Of a DNA stretch of 35,515 nt, positions 22,219-33,152 are shown one piece after another (the stretch's first letter is position 1; the number at the start of each line of letters is the position of its first letter). Both the position numbers and the translations under genes were made by a program. Source of the DNA: Thraustochytrium aureum. Lineage: Eukaryota. Where the stretch lies: assembly GCA_012862495.1 (NCBI GenBank), contig BLSG01000061.1:66408-101922 (forward strand), in the 5' to 3' direction. The notes beneath the pieces were generated by a model. The model made no database searches and was not told where the DNA came from. It saw only the letters and a program-made list of their open reading frames with translations.

Positions 22219-23535
22219 GTGGTCCATCGCGGGCTGTGCCTTGGTCGTGTGGGTTGTGCTGTGGATCATCAGCGGGACGTGGTATGTGTCCAGGCAAACG
22301 CCGGCTGGCGCCGCGCAACGTGATATCGCCGTGGGCGGCGGCACGGAGGCGGCGAGTGGCGGAGCAAAGGGCTTCTTGGCGCCGCGCGACGGCTATCTGG
22401 TGGGTTGCGCTGCAGATTGCGCGGGGTTCGATGCCCTTCAGACTGCGCTCGACGCCTGCAGCCGCGACTCGGAGTGCGGCGGCGTGACGTTCGTCCCCTT
22501 CAACACTGCCGACCAAAGATACGAGCTGCGCAGTGGGGTCAAGGTGCAGCGGACGACGGACGGCCAGCGTTCGCACGTAAACGCGCGGGCTCTGGGGCCG
22601 CGCGAGCGGCTCGCCGCTCTGCTCGGCTCAACGGGGCGCGCGGCACGGCACCTGAAAGCCCCGGTCCTCAGTCCGAGCCGACTGCGACAAGCGCACCGCT
22701 TCCTGACGGGCCGCAGCAGCGCGCAGCCGAATCAGGAGCAAGAATACCGAACGGCGCGCTGGCGCTCGACCCAGAAAAGTACGTCACCGACGACGGCGAG
22801 TCGGTCACGGACGGGCCGCTAGTAATCGACGAGGGCGAGGGCGAGGGCCCGTTCACGATCCGGTTCTGGGCGCCGGCGGATATGAGCAAGCTGGACGAAA
22901 TCGACAAGCTGGACGACGGGCAGCCCACCATCTTTGTCGGTATCGCATCTTACCGCGACATGATGTGCCACGAGACCATGGACGGGCGCTCACGCTGGCA
23001 GTGCATCCCTCGCGGCTGCGCTTTGGGGTCGTCGAGCAAAACGCGCCCATCGACCTGCCGTGCTTTCACACAGCCAAGCCCTGCGCCGAGGACCCCGAGC
23101 AAGTGCTATGCAAGTACCGCAATAACATCCGCATCCACAAGGTCTCTGCGCGGGCAGCGCGCGGACCCACGTACGGCCGGCATCGCGCCGACTCGCTCTA
23201 CCGCGGCGAGTCGTTCGCTCTGCAGCTCGACGCGCACATGTACTTTGTCCAGGACTGGGACGAAGACCTCTTGGCTCAGTGGCGCAGCACGGGCAACGAG
23301 TACGCCGTGCTGTCAACGTACCCGTCCGACTACTCTAGGGAGACGCTGGACGACATCACCTTCAAGGCGCTCGTGCGCTCGACGCCGACGATCTGCAATT
23401 CCAAGTTCGTCGGGAGCAACGGGATGACAAAGCACCAATCAGCGGAGGAGTTTGTGCCGCCCAGCTCGCTGAAAACGCCGATCTTGCAGATCTGGTGGGC
23501 CGCGGGGATTTCGTTTTCGCGGGGACACCGGATCG
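22219..23535 (+). CDS. GT60-family polypeptide GlcNAc transferase (type II membrane; Gnt1/Gnt2-like), truncated by gaps at both ends
   Basis: TM segment (ALVVWVVLWIISGTWY), then TIFVGIASYRD..C..T, FGVVEQN, ARGPTYGRH, LQLDAHMYFVQDWD, AVLSTYP and WAAGISFSRG. Frameshifts at ~22630 and ~22984. Confidence 0.87.
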
Positions 23536-24132
23536 NNNNNNNNNNNNNNNNNNNNNNNNNNNNNNNNNNNNNNNNNNNNNNNNNNNNNNNNNNNNNNNNN
23601 NNNNNNNNNNNNNNNNNNNNNNNNNNNNNNNNNNNNNNNNNNNNNNNNNNNNNNNNNNNNNNNNNNNNNNNNNNNNNNNNNNNNNNNNNNNNNNNNNNNN
23701 NNNNNNNNNNNNNNNNNNNNNNNNNNNNNNNNNNNNNNNNNNNNNNNNNNNNNNNNNNNNNNNNNNNNNNNNNNNNNNNNNNNNNNNNNNNNNNNNNNNN
23801 NNNNNNNNNNNNNNNNNNNNNNNNNNNNNNNNNNNNNNNNNNNNNNNNNNNNNNNNNNNNNNNNNNNNNNNNNNNNNNNNNNNNNNNNNNNNNNNNNNNN
23901 NNNNNNNNNNNNNNNNNNNNNNNNNNNNNNNNNNNNNNNNNNNNNNNNNNNNNNNNNNNNNNNNNNNNNNNNNNNNNNNNNNNNNNNNNNNNNNNNNNNN
24001 NNNNNNNNNNNNNNNNNNNNNNNNNNNNNNNNNNNNNNNNNNNNNNNNNNNNNNNNNNNNNNNNNNNNNNNNNNNNNNNNNNNNNNNNNNNNNNNNNNNN
24101 NNNNNNNNNNNNNNNNNNNNNNNNNNNNNNNN

Positions 24133-26102
24133 GCTGGGACCTCCAAACCAACCGGTTGGCGCCCGCTGACGACCTTCTCGGCGACGCCCTGCCGGACGTG
24201 GCAGCCTGAGCTGCGGCGGGACCTTTTGGGTTGCGGCGACGCGCGCCGGCGCGGTCGTGTCTTGGGGCGAGACGAGCGAAGGGCGGCTGGGCAGGCCGCC
24301 GAGCGCAGATTCGCTGGGGCGCGGTTTCCACGTCGACCCTGTCCCCGGGCCCGTGCGGCTGGAAAGCGACTCGGTTGTCACTCAGGTCGCGTGCGGCTCG
24401 AGGCACGCCCTTGCGCTTGACGCGACAGGGGCTGTCTACTCGTGGGGCTCGGGGGACTCGGGCCGGCTCGGGCACGGCGACGCAGACGTGCGCACCGTGC
24501 CACTTTGCATTCAAGCCTTTGCCCGCACCAAGGTCCGCATAATTCAAGTCGCGGCAGGCGCCCACCACTCGATCGCGCTTGCTGCTGATTGCAGGGCGTT
24601 CACGTGGGGCGCGGGGGTGTGGGGCAAGCTCGGCCACGGAGCTGCCCGAGACGAGCACTGCCCGCGCTTGCTCGAGCGCTTTCGGGCCGATGCGCCCGAC
24701 GGGCTAGTTGCGGCAGCGGACGTGCAGGTCTGCTGCGTGGCTGCCGGCAACCAGCACTCGGCACTAGTGACGGCGACAGGGTACCTCTTCACGTTTGGCT
24801 TGAACGACGTGGCGCAGCTCGGCCACGCAGCCGACGCCAAGGACGGCTCCGAGGCTGCCCGCGGCGAGGCTCAAGACCCAACTTCCGTCGTGCCCCCGAG
24901 CGAGCCCCTGCCGAGGCTCGTCGAGGGCCTCGCCATGGACGGCATGCGGATCGTGGCCTGCCAGTGCGGCGCCTCGTTTATTCTGTCCGTCACAAGCAAA
25001 GGCAAGCTCATTGTCTCGGGGCGGCTCCCGCGGGACTCCCCAGAGGCCACCTGGGAGCGCGGCCTGCCCAGGTTTTTGGAACTGCACGATCTCGAGGCTA
25101 GAGCAGAGGCTGTGTCTGCGGCCGCATTTGTGGCGCTTTGCAAGCCCCGGCAGCACCCAAGCTCCCCAGCGCCCCGCGAGCGCGAGCAGGACAGTGTGGA
25201 GCTCGCTGAAACGCCCGACCCGCCGCCGATGCCACCCATTCCGCCGCTCTCCGATTTCATCATTGCGGCCTCGGGCCGCGTGGCGCCAAGCTCGCCGCGT
25301 GGGATCACTTTGGAGACATGCAGCTCGCCGGGCGAGCGGACGCCTGAGGCTTGCAGCTGCGTCTGCGAGCTGCACCTTGACTTCGCCGAAAGCCCGCTGA
25401 CGCTGCACTTGACAGGCAGACCTGCAGGGCACGGGGGAGGGGCGTGGCGAGCCTGGGCACTTGCGTGGGCCGCGGTGCCCGGTCTGCTGCCAAGAGATGC
25501 TTGTTTCGCTCAGTAAGCAGCTGCGGGCAGAGACGACCGCGCGGCGGGCGCTCGAGGATCGCCTCGCCGCCGAGCGAGACGACGCCGCCAACTTTCGCGA
25601 GCTCTGCATGCGCCGCGAGAACACTGACACCGCCGTGCGCATGATCCTCACCAAGCTGAGCAGCCTGGAACTGCACAGCTCTGCGATGCATGGTTTTGCG
25701 ACGCTCGTGCGTGACACTGTCGAGGGGCTTCATGCGCGCGTGCTGCAGCTCGAAAATGCGAATCTAGGCCTTCAACAAGAGCGGGACTCACTTGGGCGTC
25801 GGCTCAGCGAGGCCGCTGCACAGGCCGACGCCTCCGCTCGCCTGCAGCGCCGCTCGGCTGTCAGTAGCAGTGAGGTGTCGCCTGCGCGTCACAGTGGCAG
25901 CGGGCTCGCAGCCCCTACCGCGCTGCACGTTCAGCACGCGGCTCGTTCGGTCGGAAATCCGGCTGCGGTTGGCCTTGCCGATCGCCATGACCTTTCCGAC
26001 TCTGACGAGCCCGAGGACCTCCTCGAGGACGAGCTTGACCTATTCGCCGGCTCGGACTTGCTCGGCAGCCTGAGCTCAACAGACCAAGACGCAGACCTCT
26101 GA
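24133..26102 (+). CDS. RCC1-repeat protein with C-terminal coiled coil, 5'-truncated
   Basis: RCC1 repeats: VACGSRHALAL..GAVYSWGSGDSGRLGHG, VAAGAHHS..FTWGAG.WGKLGHG and VAAGNQHS..FTFGLN...QLG. Frameshift at ~24205. Candidate intron 25361-25415 links to the coiled-coil ORF 25461-26102. Confidence 0.8.
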
Positions 26103-26125
26103 GCACGCGAAACGGCGCCTGCGCT

Positions 26126-26295
26126 CACCAGCAAGACCGCGCAGCGTCATCTATCTCCCCACATTTGTCTCGAGCACCAACACGGCGTGCATGGACGCAC
26201 CCGGCATTGTTCTCGAGCACCAGCAAGACCGCGCAACGTCATCTATCTCCCCACGTTTGTCTCGAGCACCAACACGGCGTGCATGGACGCACCCG
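26126..26295 (+). repeat. Direct repeat: two 78-nt copies with a 92-nt period
   Basis: 26126-26203 and 26218-26295 differ at 2 positions. The core TCTCGAGCACCA occurs at 26168, 26211 and 26260. Confidence 0.92.
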
Positions 26296-28181
26296 CACGC
26301 GCAGCCCACGTCCCAACGGCTCCTAACGGCTCGCGCGCACCGCCTCCGTTGTGCTCTGTTCTCTGTGCTCTTTATGTTCCTTCGAAAAAAGCTCCTTTTG
26401 TTCTTTACTCCACGATGTTCGTTCATTCTGCTCTGCTCTTCTCTTCCCCGTGTTCTTTGTTCATCGGCGTGTTCCATACGGTTCGTGTGTTCGCGTGTTG
26501 TTCGTTGCATGGAATTAATCTTTGTTCACCGAGTGGATTGTTCCTTGTGTGCTCGTTCTGTTCTTTGGCGCGGGTGGAGGCGGCGGCCGAGCTGGCGGGC
26601 GTTGAAGCGCGGCTCGTGTCCAGGCAGGCAGCCAGCCAGGTACAGAAGGCAGTCCCGCGCGGTATTGGTGCCCGAAGCCGCCTTTGCTCGAGGCCCGGGC
26701 TTGTACGATCCACGCTGGCTGCGTTGGGGGTTGCGCACGACTGGGCCGTCCAATTTGGAAGACCATGTCGGGACGCACGTCGAGCCTCGTCGAGCTGCGG
26801 CTGCGCGATCTCGCGGTGGTCGCGCCTGGAGACGGCACTGCGTATGGCACGGCGGTTGGAACGCACNNNNNNNNNNNNNNNNNNNNNNNNNNNNNNNNNN
26901 NNNNNNNNNNNNNNNNNNNNNNNNNNNNNNNNNNNNNNNNNNNNNNNNNNNNNNNNNNNNNNNNNNNNNNNNNNNNNNNNNNNNNNNNNNNNNNNNNNNN
27001 NNNNNNNNNNNNNNNNNNNNNNNNNNNNNNNNNNNNNNNNNNNNNNNNNNNNNNNNNNNNNNNNNNNNNNNNNNNNNNNNNNNNNNNNNNNNNNNNNNNN
27101 NNNNNNNNNNNNNNNNNNNNNNNNNNNNNNNNNNNNNNNNNNNNNNNNNNNNNNNNNNNNNNNNNNNNNNNNNNNNNNNNNNNNNNNNNNNNNNNNNNNN
27201 NNNNNNNNNNNNNNNNNNNNNNNNNNNNNNNNNNNNNNNNNNNNNNNNNNNNNNNNNNNNNNNNNNNNNNNNNNNNNNNNNNNNNNNNNNNNNNNNNNNN
27301 NNNNNNNNNNNNNNNNNNNNNNNNNNNNNNNNNNNNNNNNNNNNNNNNNNNNNNNNNNNNNNNNNNNNNNNNNNNNNNNNNNNNNNNNNNNNNNNNNNNN
27401 NNNNNNNNNNNNNNNNNNNNNNNNNNNNNNNNNNNNNNNNNNNNNNNNNNNNNNNNNNNNNNNNNNNNNNNNNNNNNNNNNNNNNNNNNNNNNNNNNNNN
27501 NNNNNNNNNNNNNNNNNNNNNNNNNNNNNNNNNNNNNNNNNNNNNNNNNNNNNNNNNNNNNNNNNNNNNNNNNNNNNNNNNNNNNNNNNNNNNNNNNNNN
27601 NNNNNNNNNNNNNNNNNNNNNNNNNNNNNNNNNNNNNNNNNNNNNNNNNNNNNNNNNNNNNNNNNNNNNNNNNNNNNNNNNNNNNNNNNCGATCGATCGA
27701 TCGACTCTTCATGGCAGGCAGGCCTGCCTGCCCATTCCGTGCTTCCGTCGTCGGTGCGTCGCTCGCCCAGGCAATGCCGTTTGAACTCAACGTGCAAACG
27801 GCCTCATCGCAGGCCGCAGCAGGCCCTAAGAGAAGGTGCGAGTGCTGAAACTGCAGCCGCTCTACTAGCTAGAGCCGTTGGACGCCGCACTTCGGCAAGC
27901 AGAAACCATCTCAGCTCCGCCAGACATACCGGCAATAGGTCTCCGGAGACACTGCCAAGGCCGCGAAGGCAGCCAGACACGCAAGGGAGGCAGACTCTGA
28001 CGCGCTGTGCCGCACGACGCGAGAAGGAGCTGGCCCTGGAGTCCGAGGCGCTCGCCACGCAGGGGCGTGGGAGCTGCGGTCTGCGACTCTGCCAGAAAGA
28101 CGACAAGCTTGCCGAGCAGGCCGCCTCTTTTACTGCGCAGGAGCACCGCCGGGCTCACTGTTTTGAGCGCAGCTCGCCACA

Positions 28182-31100
28182 ATGCACGACCTAATGCACA
28201 ACGGCCAGCGCGAGAGCGCGAGCCTGTATGACAGGGGGAAGAGCGGCCTCTTCGGGGCAATGTACACTCTGCAACAGTCGCGCGTGGTGGGCAAGCGGTT
28301 TTTCACCTTCGCCACGGTGGTGACCACTGCGCAGATGCTCTATCTCCCTTTCGCAGAGGAAGGCGAATTCGCGTGGCCTGCCGCCTTTCAAGGCCCGGTG
28401 CGGAGCCTGCTCCAGCCGGCCGCGTTTGGGTTTTATTCGTACGAGTCCCCGCTTGCGTTTGCCGCCATGAGCGTGTTGGCTCTGGTCGCTACCGTTTTCC
28501 CGACGGTCGGTCTGTTCTGCCTCGGCAACGACGCACTGAAAAAGACGACCAAGTATGCCTCGTTTGCATCGCCTCTGTCGGCCTCCCTGCGCCTTTTGCA
28601 GACCGTTCTGCTTCAGCCAGTGCTGGTTGTCCTGGTGAGGACATTCCAGTGCCATCCTGTCGGAGACCAGCTCCTGCAGTGCGGGAGCTCGGCGCACATA
28701 ACGATGGAGGTGCTCTCCGCAATCGCCATCGCAACCGTGATCTCCATCACGTCTATATTTGCGCTAATCGTGGTTCAGCCCATCCCCTACGGGAAACGCG
28801 AGGCCAGCTGTAGCGCCTACACTGCGCCACACGGCCGGGTCGAGTTCGCGTCGACCATTATCCGAAGTTTCGCCACCCTGAGTGTTGCGAGCGCTTCGCT
28901 GCCTAACGAGACGCCGAGCGCTCTGGTCCAGAGCATCCTCGTCGTGGTCATCGTGTGCAGTGGCGCAGCGTTGCTGGGCGTTTACCTGTATTTTCTTCCG
29001 TTCCATCGGATGGGATGGAACCAGCTCAGTATTGGGTGCCACGCTGTGTTCCTGTGGTCTGGACTGAGCCTCGGGGTCGCGCAGCTTGTCAACAACGCGC
29101 GGGACTTGAGCTCGCTTCTTGTCTTCACAGTCGCACTGCCCTTTTTCGTGTTCAGCGTCTTGTCCATGGTGCGGCATCGAATCACGGCGCTCTGCAAGAC
29201 CACGAGTAGCGTGGTTCTGCAAAGCCCGTACTTGGTGGAGCTCCGCTTGCGGCTGCTGTTCCCGCTTGTGGAGGACTTTGCCATGGCAGGCGAGGCCGAG
29301 GCCGCCTACCGGGAAGCTATTGAATCCTACCCAGACTCTGCTTTCCTCGCCCTCTACACGGCCGCACTGACGATTTCAACCGGGAAGAAGGTGGTTTTCG
29401 CGCTAAACCTGATCCGCGCCGCGCGCCTCATGCCGCTGGCTCTCGACCTCGAATTCTTTCTGTACTGCCACAACAGGGCCAACGAAGAGCGCCAGTCAGA
29501 GAGCTCTGGGGCCATCTCGTTTATGGAGTTTGATCAGCACCTCAGCCAAGCGCGCGAGAAGATCGTTGAGACCCTCAAGTGCACCGCCCGGTTTTGGCGC
29601 AAGGTTTCCACCGAGTGCACCGTCACTGAGTTGATCAAGGAGGGGCGCAGTATCCACGAGTCTGCCTCGCAGTGTCGCCTGCACCTGAAGCGGCTGCTGC
29701 GTCTCTCAGACTCGAACATCGAGGCGCTGCGCTGGTACGCAATATTTGCCATGTACGTCCTGAACGACCGGAATGCTGCGCACCAAATCCTCAACAAACG
29801 GGACCAGAGCCTCGCAGAGGGCTCGGGCGGGTACGCGGTCTGCACCGTGAGCGCAACTCGAGCTCCATTGGGCAGGTCTTGGACTGCACCGACGCCCTGT
29901 GCACCATGTTCGGGTACGCCAAGATGGAGCTCGTAGGGCGAAACATCAAGGTGCTGTGCCCCGCACCTTTTCGAGATCATGCACGACCTCTTCATCAAAA
30001 ACTTTCTCACCTCGGACGCGGAGTTTTCAACGAAAACGCGCCGCGTGTATGGCCTCCACCGCTTGGGCTACATAATGCCGCTTGACTTTGTCATCACGCC
30101 CAGCACCAACGCAAACAGCGACCTGATCCTCATTGGCAAGTTCGAGCTGCGCCCCCTGCCCGAGACGCAGCACATCATCATCGTGGACGCCAAGACGGGG
30201 TACGTGACCTCCACGAGCCAGTATGCGCCAGATGCCATGGACCTCGACGTTAACGAGGTCTTCACGTTGAGCATGCACATCTCCGAGATCATCCCTGACT
30301 TTTACAACCAAGACCACTCGTTAAAGTACAGCGCAGAGGCCACCACGGAAATCGGCCAGTGCAGGTTCAAGGTGCGCACCCGGTCAATGGAGTACAAGCC
30401 CCCCGAGGACTCGCCGGTTTCGTTCGACGTGCGCATCGTGGTTGTCATGCTCACACTCTTGGAACGCATCCAGACCCGCGATTACGTCTCGCAAGACACG
30501 GNNNNNNNNNNNNNNNNNNNNNNNNNNNNNNNNNNNNNNNNNNNNNNNNNNNNNNNNNNNNNNNNNNNNNNNNNNNNNNNNNNNNNNNNNNNNNNNNNNN
30601 NNNNNNNNNNNNNNNNNNNNNNNNNNNNNNNNNNNNNNNNNNNNNNNNNNNNNNNNNNNNNNNNNNNNNNNNNNNNNNNNNNNNNNNNNNNNNNNNNNNN
30701 NNNNNNNNNNNNNNNGAGCTTTTCGCTTCACGAGAGCCCAAGCAACGGCGGAAACAAGGTCGGGGATTCGGGCAAGCACCGCGGCCCGCGATCGCCCCCA
30801 GGGCATGGTGTAAGCACGATGTGGAAGGCCCGAAGCCCGAGCAGCGCGCTCAACGGTTTTGGGGAGAATGCAAGCCACGCTTCAAGCTCGGTGGACAGCA
30901 AAAACTCGCCTGAAATGCAGATCGCGCAGATCCAGAAGCGCATGATGGCCAACCTTCGCAAGAAAGACCCGCAGCTGGCGCAATTCGAGCGCTTCGCGAG
31001 GCGTTTCATGCTCTGCTTTTGTCTTCTTCCCGTCCTGAACTCGGTTTTGGTCACCGAGCTGTACACGCTCTTTCAAAGGCGGGTCGACGGCGTTTCGGAA

Positions 31101-32948
31101 ATGTTTGAGCAGGGGCAAACGCTCACCCAGGTCGCAAACGTGATCTTGTACCAAACCCACGCGAGCATTGAGGTCAACGGAACGCTGCTGGCGTTTCGCG
31201 CTCCTGCCCCAGCGTCGAGCCTGTTATCTCATTTGACCAAGCTGGACGAGTCGCATCGGGCGCTGGTCCAACAGCTCCAAAGCGGGGCTGTGAGCGCAGA
31301 CGGCCTTAACGAGCTCGTCTTTCAGCCTTCGCTCAACGCGACGCTGTCTAGCTCCGCTGGGGTCTCGAACAAGCTGGTCAGCTTTCACGTGGCCCTTCTC
31401 GACATTGCCAAGCACGGGGCAAAGTTCTTGCATGAGAACACCACGACGTGCGGGCCTTCGTGCCGATACGTCCTCTCGAACGCGGTTTTCGAGCCGCTGG
31501 ACAAGGCGTTGCAGGTCGCCGCGGTGTTTGCCGGAGAAGCCGATTCTGCAATTCATCTCGTTCAGTCAAGCGGTATTGCTTTCGTGAGCGCTGTGCTCGT
31601 CTTTATGAGCTTGGCGTTCCTCTACAGATTCGCTCCGATGATTGTCAGTCAAGACTATCGCCGCGTCAGCGTCGGCACAGCCTTCAAATCGATCCCGGTA
31701 ACGGTATGCACGCAGATGCTCCGCAGCGCCGAGACGCGGCTCAGCAAGCTATCCTCGGGGCGCAAAATTGACCTGTTCGAGGACGAGGATGTTTTGTCGG
31801 CAATTGAAGAGCGAGATTCTGATGAGGGCGAGGCGCCGAGCCCGACCGCGGGAATGGCTTCTGGGCCTCAGATGGTTCGCCGAAACTCGTCTAGTGGAGG
31901 CCCCCTCTCCGGAGCTGACAAGCCCGGCCACGACGGGGCTGGCGGGATCGCGACAAAGCTGCGCGGGCGGCTGAGGGCACCCACTGCCGCAAAGTCCAAG
32001 GTGGCCCCGGCAGAGGCAAAAGCGCGGAGCGGAACCCGCTCTGGCAAAGCCTCAAGCGAAGAAGACGAAGAGGCTGGCCGACGGTTCAAGACGGACTCGT
32101 GCCTGTCGCGGGCCCTGCGCATCTTGTCGTCCGCCATTAACGTCGGACTCGCGTTTTGGGTCGTGCTCGTGTTTTTTGGGATTGTGACCTACTTGGATCT
32201 GAGCAACCACGAATCGCTGGACCAGCTCACTGCGACCCTGGAGGTTTCAGGGCAACGGCTTGTTCTCGTCCAAAACTTGGCTTTCTGGACAGCGCAAAAC
32301 CCGACGCACGAGTCGGCCGATCGAATTTCCTCCATTGTTAGCCGTGTGAGGGCTCTGGATTCCGCCTTGCTGTACGGCAGCGCAGAGCTTAACGTGCCCG
32401 CTTTCGTGGAGTCCGAGGGTCCGCAATACGAGCTTTACTACGAAAACGCTTGCTCGCCAGAGTGCGTCGCTTACCTCGACTCGCACTCTGGAGGCTTGAC
32501 AGGTGACGTCGAGTTTCTCCAGTACGGGGCCCAGCTGGCGCTGGAGAAGTACCTCGAGCGCGCCGATGCGGTCAGGTCTCGCACCGTTCGGTACCTAGCC
32601 GCAGTGCAAGCTGGCCAGGACGCGAACGAGACCCTTGCTGCTGTGCGGCAAGCCCAGGCGGTTTTGCTTGACTTGGAGCCGCCCACGCTGCTCGGCCTCC
32701 AGCTGCAGCAAGCGATGGAGAACTACCGCGCGTCAATTGCGGCTCGCGTGGATGTCATCAAGAAGGAAAAGGTGGTCAGCGCGTGCGTGCTTGTGGGCGT
32801 GCTCGTGCTTGGCCATATTGTGTCGATGCGCGCGTTTGCTGCGATGGACAAAAACCTCAAGAACACCAAAATGTTGCTCCTCATGCTCAGCGACGAGGTC
32901 TACATGCAGGTGCCCGCAATGAAGGAGCTCCTGATGGAAAACCGCTAG
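28182..32948 (+). CDS. TmcB/TmcC-like (tiny macrocysts) multi-TM PAS-domain protein
   Basis: N-terminal multi-TM block (..PHGRVE.., YFLPFH..WNQL), a helical/TPR-like region, and a PAS domain (IGQVLDCTDALCTMFGYAKMELVGRNIKVLCPAPF..MHDLFIKNF..YGLHRLGYIMP). Further TM pairs and C-terminal TKMLLLML. Frameshifts at ~29855 and ~29977; gap 30502-30715. Confidence 0.8.
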
Positions 32949-33152
32949 CCGCACCAGCGCTAGCTAGCTCTGGCAGGTACAGACGGAGACAGAGACAGCG
33001 AGAGAGCGAGTAACTCTAGCTAGCTAGAGAGAAGCACCGAGTGTGCTGGATCATTTTTCTGTGCCTTTGGGCCTTCTTTGCCTCGTCCCGACGAGATCGC
33101 CGTCGCGGATCCGCCTTTGGAGGAAAGCAAGCAGCTGTGCCACTCTCACTAC

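Noticed and set aside
17378..23535. Skp1 prolyl-hydroxylation/glycosylation (PhyA-Gnt1) oxygen-sensing cluster
   Set aside because: The GT60 has an N-terminal TM and stem (secretory type, not cytosolic Gnt1), and neither oxygenase resembles a PHD/PhyA prolyl hydroxylase.
26126..26295. CRISPR-like array
   Set aside because: The intervening sequences are duplicated rather than unique, the core is only 12 nt, there are no cas genes and the context is eukaryotic.
26423..28180. Long ORFs or a mobile element spanning gap 26867-27689
   Set aside because: ORF length comes from the N-run. No recognisable domain, terminal repeat or target-site duplication is visible.
960..29980. Programmed ribosomal frameshifting or mass pseudogenisation
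   Set aside because: There is no shared slippery motif, shifts go in both directions, they are homopolymer-associated, and no nonsense substitutions have accumulated.
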